This document shows, piece by piece, positions 11,678-23,600 of a stretch of DNA of 64,000 bases. Source of the DNA: Dimorphilus gyrociliatus (Eukaryota; Animalia; Annelida); the NCBI GenBank assembly GCA_904063045.1, contig CAJFCJ010000008.1, forward strand, positions 1,426,001-1,490,000. The letters are read 5' to 3'. The notes under the pieces are model-generated. The model had not been told where the DNA came from, ran no database searches, and saw nothing but the letters and a program-made list of their open reading frames with translations. A program made the position numbers and the translations under genes. Positions within the stretch are counted from its first letter, which is position 1. Every line of letters begins with the position of its first letter.

Positions 11678-14218
11678 GCTTTCAGACATTCCCACAGTAT
11701 CCTAAGATGTCTGGTATCATTTGAAGCATGATCAGTAAACAGACCAAGCTCAGGGCAAAGTGGACAGTAAACTTTGATGTTCGCTTTCCTTTGATGTGTA
11801 TTTCCCTACATTCGCCGATTTCAAATAAATATACGTTTTGAACATAATTCAATAATGTATTGATCAGCGTCAAGACTTGCGATAATAACAAAACTAACTC
11901 TTCTGAATGCTAAGTTTCAAACAGATGAAAAATAATTTTAGTATATTATCCAAATATATTTTTATTATTTATTTAGACAATATCAAGAAATAAAAAATCA
12001 TTTTTTTAATGCAACTAATAGTTGCATATCGTTGAAAAACATCCAAATAAACAAATCGTCTACCTATCTAATTTATATTATCATGTTTTTAAATACATAC
12101 TTGAAAAAGAAAAATGTGCGCAGATAAGTCTCGTTCATAAAAGTAACTATTCCTTGCTAATTATTTTTGTTTTTCTTTATTTTTGATTTTTTCACTTAAA
12201 TAATAAATGACAGAGGATTAATAAAGATAAAAGCATTCGATAGTTGACATTGTTCCGGTCTGTTTATTTCTTTCATTGTAGGCCTAAAGATGTGCAGGAG
12301 TCGCATGCCTTCTTTGTAATAGTTCACCAACTTCATAAATCAACAAAACATAAGAGGACGAAGAACCAGATTAAAGATTTCTTTGATGGAATCAAGAGAT
12401 AATATCGGAACACTTCGGGTCGAGATCAAAGATTGAAAAATATGTTGCTTATAGATAAACAAACAATTCTTTTAAAAATGGAAAGAACATTAAAAGAGCT
12501 GGACAACTTGAGACGAGATTGTTCCATTTAGACGACCGGATGTCGGTTGTATAATCCCTCTTATGTGTAAGTTTACGTAAGGTTTAACACAATATACAAA
12601 AAATACGTTTGCTGAGAAGGCTATGTTTGTTCAATAATAAAGTCTTCCAGTCTAAAAAATGAGTCTCACTTGAATTTGCTATCTCAATAGACCCCGAAGC
12701 AAAAAATAAGTATATAGTATTAAATGTTCATATGCTGTTTTAAAATAATATCTTATTTTGTTAGAGAGTATTAATTTGAAATTTCATTGAAACATAGTGT
12801 ACAAAGTTGTACTGTGAAAGAAATATTAAATTGAACAAGTCTATGAACCTTAAAAATATCAAAAATTGAATTATTTCCTTTATTGTTTTTCATATTTAAC
12901 ATACTAAATTTATACAAATATCTAGATGCTTTTAATCTTCATTTCATAGTCAAATAGTCTTGCAGCATTGTTTTAACGATGTTAATGAGATAATTGTTTA
13001 TTTCTACTCATTTTTTATGAAGAGAATAAAAAGGTAATGAAATAAACAAAGAGAGATAAATAAATAGTAGAAAAATCTGCTGTACAGTCGTAAATACATC
13101 ACTAAAATGTGAAAAATTTTTTAACTCTTGACATGTGTATCAAGCATGCTATCTGAGGCATTTGGTGCTATACCTGGGCATATAAATCAAACAATGTAGG
13201 GAAGGGGTGCTCTTGACAATTAAAATATTAGGAAGAGAGAAGGATATAATAGAATGAGGGTCCGGTATTGGCCAGTAAAGATAATATCAGAGATTTCTAA
13301 GAGGATCATATCGTAAAAAAGCAATTTAGTTCTCTAAAAAAGAAAAGATAGCGAGGGTTGGAGTGAGAGAAAAGCCATGGGACAGGGTGACTCGACGGGA
13401 AAGCTAACGTCCCTCACAACTCCACCCACCACATTAAAACTCTTGGCTTTCGCCTCTCTTCAATGTTACAACGATAATAAGGCAGAAAAAAGAAGGCAGA
13501 TAAGTGCCTTGAGGTTTTTACGAATGGGAAGAAAGAGGATTGAACAGATAAGTATACCAAGTAATGAAGCGAAAGCTAATCGTTTAATTTTTCCCTGTCG
13601 CCCAATGAATATAGTAGCCGTAAAATGAAAAGGTAAACTGAGCCTATTCTTAGATAAGATTTGTCAAGTCACGTGACCGACACACGGTGACCATTCGACA
13701 AGATCAAAGGGGTAATATATTTTTTAAAGCTAGTCAACAGCTGCTGTTCTTCGAATGTATGAGTATTCAACAATATGAGATATGTGATTAAACGGTTCGT
13801 ATCTTGCCAATGTAACTGTTACATAAGGAACCTTACTGAAGAGACAAACAGGGGCCACGCTGTGACTAATTTCACTGAATTATCGAGTTCTTATCAGTGA
13901 CTAATCAAAGGTTAACAGGAGCAACCAAGGAAAAAGATTTCACAGGCTCAAAAAATGTGTGTTGTCGATTAAAGAGCAAGGTATTATATTACTATTTTAC
14001 TGCCTAATTTGAGGCAAAACAATTATATTCATTCTGTTTCGTTTTTACCGAAATATAACGAGATCCACGGCTGCAGTGTACTTTGATATACCATTTCTTA
14101 ACAAAATACAATAGTTTTTTATACAAGTAATCCTTTTCCTCTGTACAAAGATTCATTTCAGTTTGTTTAAAAAATAAGAAAGTCACTAAGCACTTGATTA
14201 TAATTTGTCCTTGAATTG

Positions 14219-17200
14219 TCACCTCTTAGAGAGTGTCTCCAGAAATTCTTGAATATGACATAGATTATTGTCCAAATTATTCTTCCACATTTCTCCAAAT
14301 CTACTCCATTTTGTAATACATCGTAATTTCGCTCGACTCAGTCGGACATCAGCAGTCATTATATACCTGTCTTTACCGGGCTGCATTTGACACTTTTTTG
14401 GCGTTTCAACAACGTTTCTACGGATTCGTAAGATAGAATCCTTGTTCCTGATTACGCGGACAGGTGCCACTCTAATCCTAGATAGGGAGATAGTGTCGGT
14501 AACGGTGTTGATATCCGCTATCAAAACTGTCAAAAAAATTATGTTTACTGATTGGTTGTATTTTGTTTCGAGGAGATATTGTAACTTTTTGGAACCGTTA
14601 TACTTGAAATGCTTTTACCCCTGAGCGCCTCGTTTTCATGCTTTCATGAACTTTTACTGCATGTTTACACGGAACAAATGGTTAACATTTTAAAATATCG
14701 AAATTTTCCCCTAAGATCCCGAATAAAAAAATCGAGTACCTATCGTTAATGAGAAAATTTTCACCAGTAGGTTTGAGCTCAAAAACTTATAACGATATAA
14801 AAAATAGAAAATGCCTATACTAAAAGGGGAAATAAATGCGAATAACAAATATTTCCTTTGTCACATAGAGCACCTTTTATCAATCTGTATATTACTGTGA
14901 TGAATGATTTATATTATAAAGCATATATAACAGATATTGTTGTTTGAATAAAAAGATAAAGAGTGTAAAATGGTAGCTCGGGCGTAATTATTAATTTTCA
15001 GGTCGCGTGATTAATTTTATACGAATTAAAATAGAATGCAACACTTTTGATGATTTGGCGTCATGCAGAGCTATTGTGTGAAATAAAGAAAAGTTGCCAA
15101 AATCTATTTAAGTTTTTTATAGTAAATTTAATCATATGGATTTTCTGCAGAATGAATGTTATTTACGAGAAAGTAATAGAAATTAAATAAAAAACTCTAT
15201 AAATCAATCGAACAAAAGTTTTAGTTACCCTATTAATATAGCGGATAGAATTGATTATCAGAAATCAGGCGGAAAAATTCCCAAACGGCCTACAATATCC
15301 CCTAGACAAAGCAGAGTTCGGTTGAGCATTAAAAATGCCAATTTTTATTGCTCAAGTCACGGAAAAACTCAACTCTAGCATTCAAATTCACCGAATGGAA
15401 GGCAATTTACTTGTCATTTCAATATTGAAAGCGGTCAGTGAAAAGGTCAAGAGGGCAGCATTAGTCAATTTTATACGAGACCATTGACCAAAATTCGCTT
15501 ATCTTGTCTTATCTAATCGACAATCGAGTACCGTTATCTACATCTGTAGTACCTAATCGATTCCTCTCTGGCGTTCTATAGCAAATTCAACCTATTCATT
15601 GACATATCCGGTTTAGTTGATAAATATTTTTGGCTTATCTATTGTTACAGACGGCAGATTCGGAGTGGCGATTAAACAAATAGTAAATCAAAAAGGATAT
15701 TATTAGAGGAAAACATAATGTTGCAAATATTATTTGCTGCTCTGAATAAAGCATATCACATTGGTGATAGACGTTTTGTCTTTTCCTTCAAAACATATTC
15801 ATTTTGAAAAATAAAGGGTTAGTCGAATGATGTAATAACCTATGAAATTAAATGACCGTAAAAAACGCTATTCTTATAACAAGTGGAAATTTCAACTACT
15901 TGGTGTAAAAGACTTTTTAGAATTGAAAATGATCTATGGCTGACAAGATCTTTTAAAAATCTAGCACAATGTACTACAATTTCTAACAAGCTGTTAGAAG
16001 ACATTTTAAAGTAAAAAAACTCTAATCTTATAAAGTATTTCAAATATTTCTCTATCAAATTGCATAGACTAAAAGAATTGAACAAAACGTCCAATTTAAC
16101 CAGTTTTTTCGAATATCTATTCACATATTATTGGAGTTAAATATGGTGTCTTTTTTACATACGTGGACAGGTTGTTTACCCTGCTCTCAATTTCAAAATA
16201 GCACCTATCCTTTTGACAGCGCTTTAAAAAGAAGGTATGTAGTGATTCACTTTCAAATTCCATTCATTTTCCACGCTAGTTCTAAAACTATCTGCGCATA
16301 ATAATCAAATTGTAAAAATAATTTTTGTCAATCTTTGGTACATTGTAAAGATATCATCATCATTGTCGCGCTCTTATTGTTTTGACACTAAATATAGTGG
16401 TAAACCGATAGTTATGACACGAAAGAATTCCTTAACCTGGTATATACACTGATCTGGTTATTATCATTAAGATGTCTAGAAACAAGAAAAAGCTGAATAC
16501 AAACCCAAATCATGAGAACAAACTGCTTTCATTAATTGACTTTTGCTGCACGGTATACAATCTGAAATTTAAAAACATGAAAATACATCGGTGTTTTATT
16601 GTTGGTTAACATATAATTAAGAATTAAGTACTGTTTAAATAACACCTGAAATTTATATAGATAAGAATCAACGAAATCGCATGACAGCAAGCCGAAAAGA
16701 TTAGAATCGTTAAGTTAGATAGAGAGACAAATGGAGGAGAAAAACAAGACAAAAATAACATTGCCCAGGGAAAGTTAGTAAACTACTAAATACTATAAAT
16801 AGATAACTGATTAATAACATTATTTACCTTCATTATCTTCTCTTTCTCTGACATCGTAATCTAATCGTACTTTGCCGTACAAACTTGTTATAAACTCTGG
16901 TACGATTTGAGCGAATAGAACCAAGCTATCCGCGGTTCGTAAACAAATTTGTCGAGAACTCTTTTCAGTACCGTGAGAACGCTCGTTGAGTAAATTTTTA
17001 TGCCTTAATGAGGAAGTCCGTTTTTGTTCGCTATCCTCAACTGATAGAAGTAAATGAGCGGCTTTGACACCAGCTTTAAAGCAGATATCTGCAAATGTAT
17101 TTGCAGGATTTTCAAGTTCAATTGGTAATTGAGACAGGCCCAAATGAATCCTCAAAGCGCCTTTGGGCACATTCCAAGTGATCTTCCCGGCCATACAAGG

Positions 17201-17646
17201 TGGCTGAATGGGCATTACACCATGTTCTTTATGGTCCCTAAAATATTTGTTAGTTAATTAGTTTAATGATGTGGAAGTATTTTTTTTTAATTTTGTATAT
17301 AAAACTGCTAAAAAGGGCCCCTTTTTGTTATATCAACTGGAACGTTTCACCAACCGACAGCTGATACCTAATAAAACTCTAGAAGAATTTCTGACATTTC
17401 TAGCACCTGGCTAAATGGAGCGATGATTAAAAACCTTGGTGACGAAACATACACGCACCTGCGATGTATTGTCATCGCCTTTTGACATTTTTCTCGCCGC
17501 TAAATTCTACTTCTGCATTTTAGCATGCCTAATCTTTTTACTTACCAAATTTCGATGTCACAGCCCTTCACTTCACGGTGGCCGTCACTTCCCTCGTACA
17601 TTAAACAGACGACGAATAGCATATTGATCTTCTTAAGTAGAGTCAT
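14219..17646 (-). CDS. METRNL: Meteorin / meteorin-like (METRN/METRNL family) secreted protein, 4 exons, 291 aa
   Basis: Exons 17546-17646, 16828-17237, 16505-16561, 14219-14526; all introns GT-AG, phases 2,1,1 join in frame. N-terminal hydrophobic signal MTLLKKINMLFVVCLMYEGSDG. Motifs CMAGKITWNVPKGALRIHLG, CIPCSKSQLMKAVCSHDL and KKCQMQPGKDRYIMTADVRLSRAKLRC align by eye to meteorin (C-G-V-W-YP-GAL; C-PCS--E-L-A-CTSDF; ECGVRPG-GDFLFTG----G-ARLGC). 10 mature-chain Cys. Confidence 0.85.
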
Positions 17647-18163
17647 TATTTTCCCTCCAAACATTCCTTTTTTATCATATTCCCAACAGACTTTAAATAT
17701 CCTTGTAGAGTTGATTATCTGTTAATTTAGAGTATATATCCAACAGCTTCTAATACAAATTCATGATTAACAAAATCCCTTAAGTCTGTTTTCTAATATT
17801 CCTATCCTATTTATATTCTAAAATAAATTGATTAGAGGGTAAAAAAATACTCTCTTAAATTATCAATTTTCTAACATTTATTCAATTTTGTGCAGTTATC
17901 AAGCGGATTGGAAAAAATCTTAAAAGATTTACTCACTAAAAGTACAAAAAACTGTCATTTAAGAAAAAAAAGAGTATTTTGTGTCGGGGTTAACAAACAT
18001 GTATATTCTATATACTAAGAATAGATTGATAGCTTCGCTCTTAAAATATCCTTTTTTCCATTGAATACAATGTCTGAGAAATATTATTGTTAATAATACT
18101 AGTCAAAATATTTACTTCAATAATTTATGGCAATTGAACATTTCAGTGTATGAAAGACCTTAA

Positions 18164-18400
18164 AATATAGTAAACAAATCCATTTACATCACAAGAAAAT
18201 ATAATGCCGAGAAATTTGACTCCAACGACCAAAACAATTGTCTTTCTTCTACCATAAAATCGATTATCCAGGCTACTCTAGAGGAATTGCGCAGTAGAAT
18301 AATCCAAAAAGCAAAAAGCTTAAGTAAATATGAAAAAATAGAGAAAGTTTTGTTCCAGCAGCTCTTAACGTCTTCAACTGGGTTTATGAAACGAGAATAA
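18164..18400 (+). mobile_element. Possible decayed non-LTR retrotransposon (R4/Dong-like) ORF fragment
   Basis: Stop-free frame of ~78 codons without a start codon, reading ...TRKYN...ATLEELRSRIIQKAKSLSKYEK..., reminiscent of the KY...E-LKQ-I-A-A---RY segment N-terminal to the RT of R4-type elements. No RT domain seen. Recognition from memory only. Confidence 0.25.
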
Positions 18401-19628
18401 GTGAAATCTCCTGTGATCTAGCTCACATTTACAAATACAGTGGGCAAATTGCGTTGCGGAATATGGAACCAGATTCCTATAGGTCCCGCCTATTCGTGCC
18501 AATCAAGCGCGTGGATTGCGTGCGTCGTCCTGATAGCTAAGATAGGAATAAGTGAAGTGAATAGAGAAGCTGTAGTTAATCCTCTCTAGCCCGTTATTAA
18601 TTTACTTGCGTGGGCTCTCGCTTGGTCGTCAGCCAACTGAGAAATCTTCAAAAGCAAACAATCGTAATCAATTTAAAGCGTTTATTGTCTACACGCTACT
18701 TTGCTAATTAAATTCTCGCTTAAATAAAACTTGAAGGAACCCCCTCTAATACTCCAACGAAGAGAATTTTACGCCTAATGACGCTATTTCACCCCCAACC
18801 TTTGACCCATTCCCCTGTGTAAACATATTGAATATATCCATGCAGCAAAAATAAGTTTTAAATCTCATTAAGAGTTTTTTTTAACATCATAGACTGAAAG
18901 AGCCCGATGGTTGTTCTTATCGTAACAATAAGAGACGCGTCAATTTCATTGCTAATATACAAATTCTGATGGATGTCTTTCGTTCTCGAAAATGTTTTGA
19001 TAAATTGAAGTGAGAGTAGTTTTTATGCACTGAAAGGAGATTGGCATGTTGACAGAAAAATCGCATCATTAAGCGTCACATCATTTCTATATTTTACGTA
19101 CGTTTCCTTATGTTCCTAATTATTCCTCCACAAACATGTCACAGGACTGCTTAGTGATGCACAGGTGCGTAAATATTTTACGTGTCCTTAATCTGGGTTA
19201 TACAGCGACTAGAAATGCAGCTATGGATGATGATGGGTTAAAAATCTGTATTTTGTCGCATGTTTTCGGCTCAAGAAACCCTGTCAATGACAATTATCTT
19301 TTCGAAAAACGCCTGAACCCCTGCTGAAATTTCAATACGAAAAGTATTCAAAATATTTGAGACTGTTTAAAGGAATGGTTTATGATCTGCGTAATATTAG
19401 AATGGACGCGAACAGGCGGGTATCTAATCTTTGCCCTATAAGGTCTTATTTGGCATGACCCCTACCATTTTAGAAGGATATAAGCGGCTTTAACCAAACC
19501 GCTAAGTTCAATTATGGCTTCGCCTTTTATACAAGAAAACTTATTTTGAAGAAGCGACATCTGTTATTCAAAAAAATATACACTTTCAAGATGTCACTTT
19601 ATATGCAATAGGTGCATAGAAATATTTA

Positions 19629-19642
19629 CTGCCATCTGGTGG
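19629..19642 (-). promoter_or_regulatory. CTCF-like motif CCACCAGATGGCAG between the meteorin 5' region and the PRKAR1 3' end
   Basis: Plus strand CTGCCATCTGGTGG; a perfect match to the CCASYAGRKGGCR core. Confidence 0.6.
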
Positions 19643-20634
19643 TTGATTCATAAGATAAAAAAAATAATTCTAACATTTGATGAAATTCATTTAAATTAGC
19701 TGAATTTTTAGTGGTCCGAATTTTGCAATTGATTTAATATAAAAGGAAATAGGGTAATTTAGTCTTCATTTGGCTTTGAATACGTGAGCTAATTATGAAG
19801 AAAATTGAGTTTATATTGGCCTACATTCTTAGTGCTATTTAATTTCAAAGGTACACCTTTTAGCTTGCTTGCATTGTAGATTTCAGAAAGACAGTTGAAG
19901 TGTGCGAGTCACTTTTAAAATGGCTTACTATATAAGCTTTCAATTTGATCTCTTACTACTGCAGGATGGCAAAAGAATTTGTAAAATGACCTAAATGTTT
20001 ATCAGCTGATGTATAGAAAAAAAAACCAAAAAAAGCTAAGCCAAGCTGGCCATCTATTATTATAACCATAGTTTTTAATTTTCGTATTGTGGAGCATAGA
20101 AATGTCATAAATAACATACTGAAGATCAATAATCCCACAGATAAGCAAACAATATTACACTTTCACTCGGTTGAAATCTTGATAATTGGTCAGATTGTTT
20201 ACCGAAACTGCATTTCATACTTTACTCTAATTACATAAAATTTAGTAAGTTAAGAAACAAAATATTAAAATTTTTTATTATATAAAATGTATACGTACTC
20301 TGAATAACTTATCATAAACACGTAAAATATAAATCAATAGGTTTATAACAACCAATTATTCTAAATTAGTTCAAATTCTCACACAATATTTTTTTAACAT
20401 TAAACATTTACACTAAGTGATACAATATGGAAAATATCACTTTTGAACAACCAATTTAATTTATATAATTAGTTTTGTCTTTTTTTTGCTTTAGTACTTA
20501 CTACATAGAATATTTTCGGCAGTTAACGTTGAAAAAATGCTACAAATTAATGATAGGGCATAAGAAAGCGGGATGATTAAAAAAAGTACATATTAAATAT
20601 TATTTTCAATATATTGCAACCAAAAGAGGTACAT

Positions 20635-23600
20635 CTACAAAGACAAGCTTACGAAACTATTATACTTTCCAATATTTCTCTTTAGAATATCCGAGCAAGG
20701 TCCCAGAACTCTTTCAAATCTAGCTCTATCTAATTTTACGCATTTTAATTGACCTTTTGAAACAACAGTTGCAGCTCTGGGTCTATCCAAAAGGAGGGCA
20801 ATTTCACCAAAATAATCGCTTGGCGCCAACTTCCCAACTTCTATGGGCTCTTCGTTGTCCGACTTACGCTGAAGAACTATAGCTTGGCCTTCAGTAATGA
20901 TATAGAAGTCTTCACCTGGTTCACCCTATAATTAAAGTAAAAGTAATATACATGTAAAAAACATTATTTCAGACATATCGCTAATTAAAGATTTAGTAAA
21001 AAAGAAGATAATTTAAAACAACGAGATCCTGAAGTATCAATAGCAAATAGACATCAGATATTGCCATTTTTCTTGTTTTTTATTCATTTACACAACTTCC
21101 TATATGTCCTATTACATATCCGGTTTTTATACTAAATTACTAGCACTGACTTTAGCTGCATCTAACTATTTTTAACTACTGGCGTATTTATCTTTGATGC
21201 ATGTACTTCAAATAAACTCAAAGTATTTCAGTTTAAGTCGTCACGGACGATTTCAGAACTTATTTAATTGACTATGCCAATTTATTGAAGAACGCTTAAA
21301 AAAGGGGGATTAAGGCTTGAATTCTCTTTTTTGTCGTCGAAAATTATTTATCGTTGAGCTTAAGATTGCTTAATAAAAATTCTCTTCCGAGTATACTGTT
21401 CTTTATTATTTCTACTTCTCTTTTATTTCACGGTCCACGTAAGCTGCTTGTCATCAAATTGATGTGAAATAGGCTTTTATACGGTGCATGTTTTGTTTAC
21501 AGCATATATAGTGAATAAAAAAGATGAAATATCTTATAAATACGTTGCTTACATGTTCAGCAAGTATAACTAATGGATAAAACGTCCTATTTTTGATATA
21601 TGACTAAGAAACACCAACATCAAAAGCTTAATACAATCTATAAGCTTTTCGCAGGTCCACTAATATTTCGAAAACAGCTTCTTCTATCCTAATGTCATAA
21701 AACTTCAATGGTTAATTTTTATTTCTTTTACACTTGTAATGTCGCGACAAAATTAGGTATCTTGATACCTTATTATAAATTACAGTAAAGCTATTATCAA
21801 TGTTTTATGAATTGTCAAAAGTAAAAAGAAAAGAAACCATTTAAAAATTTTTCATTTTATAGAATAAATACATAGAATATAAGAGTGCATTACTTAAACC
21901 GCCCTAGTCTGGTTAGACTGACGTGACTCAAATATGAATGGTGAATAAGCTAATCTACTTTAATACGCTAGCTTTATATCCGAAGTGAAATTTTTTGATG
22001 GATACAATTTCTGTCTCTGTTGCTAACTCTATATTGTCAATTTTATAGAAAGAGTAACCCCGGCTGTATTAAAATCAAGCTATACGGCGATAATAACCAT
22101 ATAAAATATTTACCTGTCTAACAATCTCTTGGCCATCCTCAAATTGCACAGGTTCTAACGCATCAGCGATTGTCATTCTCTCCCATTTCTCAAGACTTTC
22201 AAGAATAGATACTTTTGATAAGAATTCATCGTACATTTTTCTTTTCCTAATGGTTGATCCCTGTAAAGGGAAAGAGACCAATATATAAATAAAGATTGAG
22301 AAGAAAAAGAAACTCGATCTTTATTTTTCCTTACCATCAATATACGCCTGTAGGAATCTCTGTCAATACCCCACAATTTCACATCGTTTTTAGCTTTTAC
22401 CGTTGCAGCTCTAGGCGTACCATAGATAAGTGCTAGTTCTCCAAAACTACCTCCTTCGCCAATAGTACTAACGTAATCTCCATGAACAAAAATCTAATTT
22501 TAGTTTTACATAAATTTTAAGATAGAGACAAAAAACTTATTAAAATTCCTTACATCCACTTCTCCTTGATCAATAATGTAGAAGTTATCTCCATCGTCAC
22601 CTGATAATAATAATAAATATATACTTCCTATTAGCTAATTTACTTTCTATTTATTCAGATACATGAATAGGATATGTATAAAAAAATGTTAATAAAATGA
22701 TAAGTAACAAGAAATATAAGAAATATATAACAAACCTTGTTGAATAATTACTTCCCCTGCATGCCTATTAACTGGGAACATGGCGTCGAAAATATCACTG
22801 TAATCAAATTAAAGCATCAAATAATGGTCTAATTAAATAATTACACAAAATTAGAAACCTTCTTTCCGAGTCGTCTAAATGAGCAAACAAAACATTTTTC
22901 TGAATAGCTTTTGATAATTGAGCCATGGTCTTATAATCTTTTGGTACGACCTGCATAGTCAAAATGGAATAAGATTTAAACAGAATAGGCTTATACTTAT
23001 GATATAAATCAGTCTATAAAATATCTAAATTTTCATACCAGATCAGGCAATTAATTTGAAAGAAAAGAAAAAAATCAATAACCTTTTTGACGTACGTTGC
23101 AGCATCTTCCTCTGTATAAACTTCTGCACTAACGGCTCCTCTTCTGATGCGTTTCTGTTGTTGGTTGTTGAAATTAAAAGCATGTATGTACAATACGTTG
23201 TATTAAATTATATCCTGAGTATACTTTAATTGTTATTATACTGTAACTATTTTGTCACGCGACAGCAAATTAATAGGATAAGAAAGTCGTTGGAACTTAA
23301 CCCATGTCACAAAAAAGGCTGAAATAGACTGGGAAGATGAGTGAAAAGATAAATTATAATTTAAATTATAGAAACACAATACTATATTATACTTCCAATT
23401 GTTAGCTCTCCACATTTCCTTTAGAAAATATCCAATTGGAAAATATATTTTTTATTACTGATACCTTTAAAATCCAACTTGTTCATGGGATTATAAGTGC
23501 AATATTTGGTTCATTTAGCGTGATTAAATGATATTCAACGATTGCGACCTACCTATATGACAAGTATTTTTCAGTTACGACAGTTAAATTATTTACAAAT

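Noticed and set aside
12282-12531. Strong + strand acceptor followed by short coding-looking frames
   Set aside because: All frames hit stops within ~40 codons and no partner exon was found.
4344-13628. Short ORFs of 60-84 aa in the first 14 kb (4344, 6192, 6547, 8082, 8528, 9302, 10288, 11682, 13377)
   Set aside because: No recognisable motifs, many non-ATG starts, composition as expected for random AT-rich DNA.
15840-16124. 94-aa minus-strand ORF
   Set aside because: Lies within meteorin intron 3; F/L/K/S-rich AT-biased composition and no homology cue.
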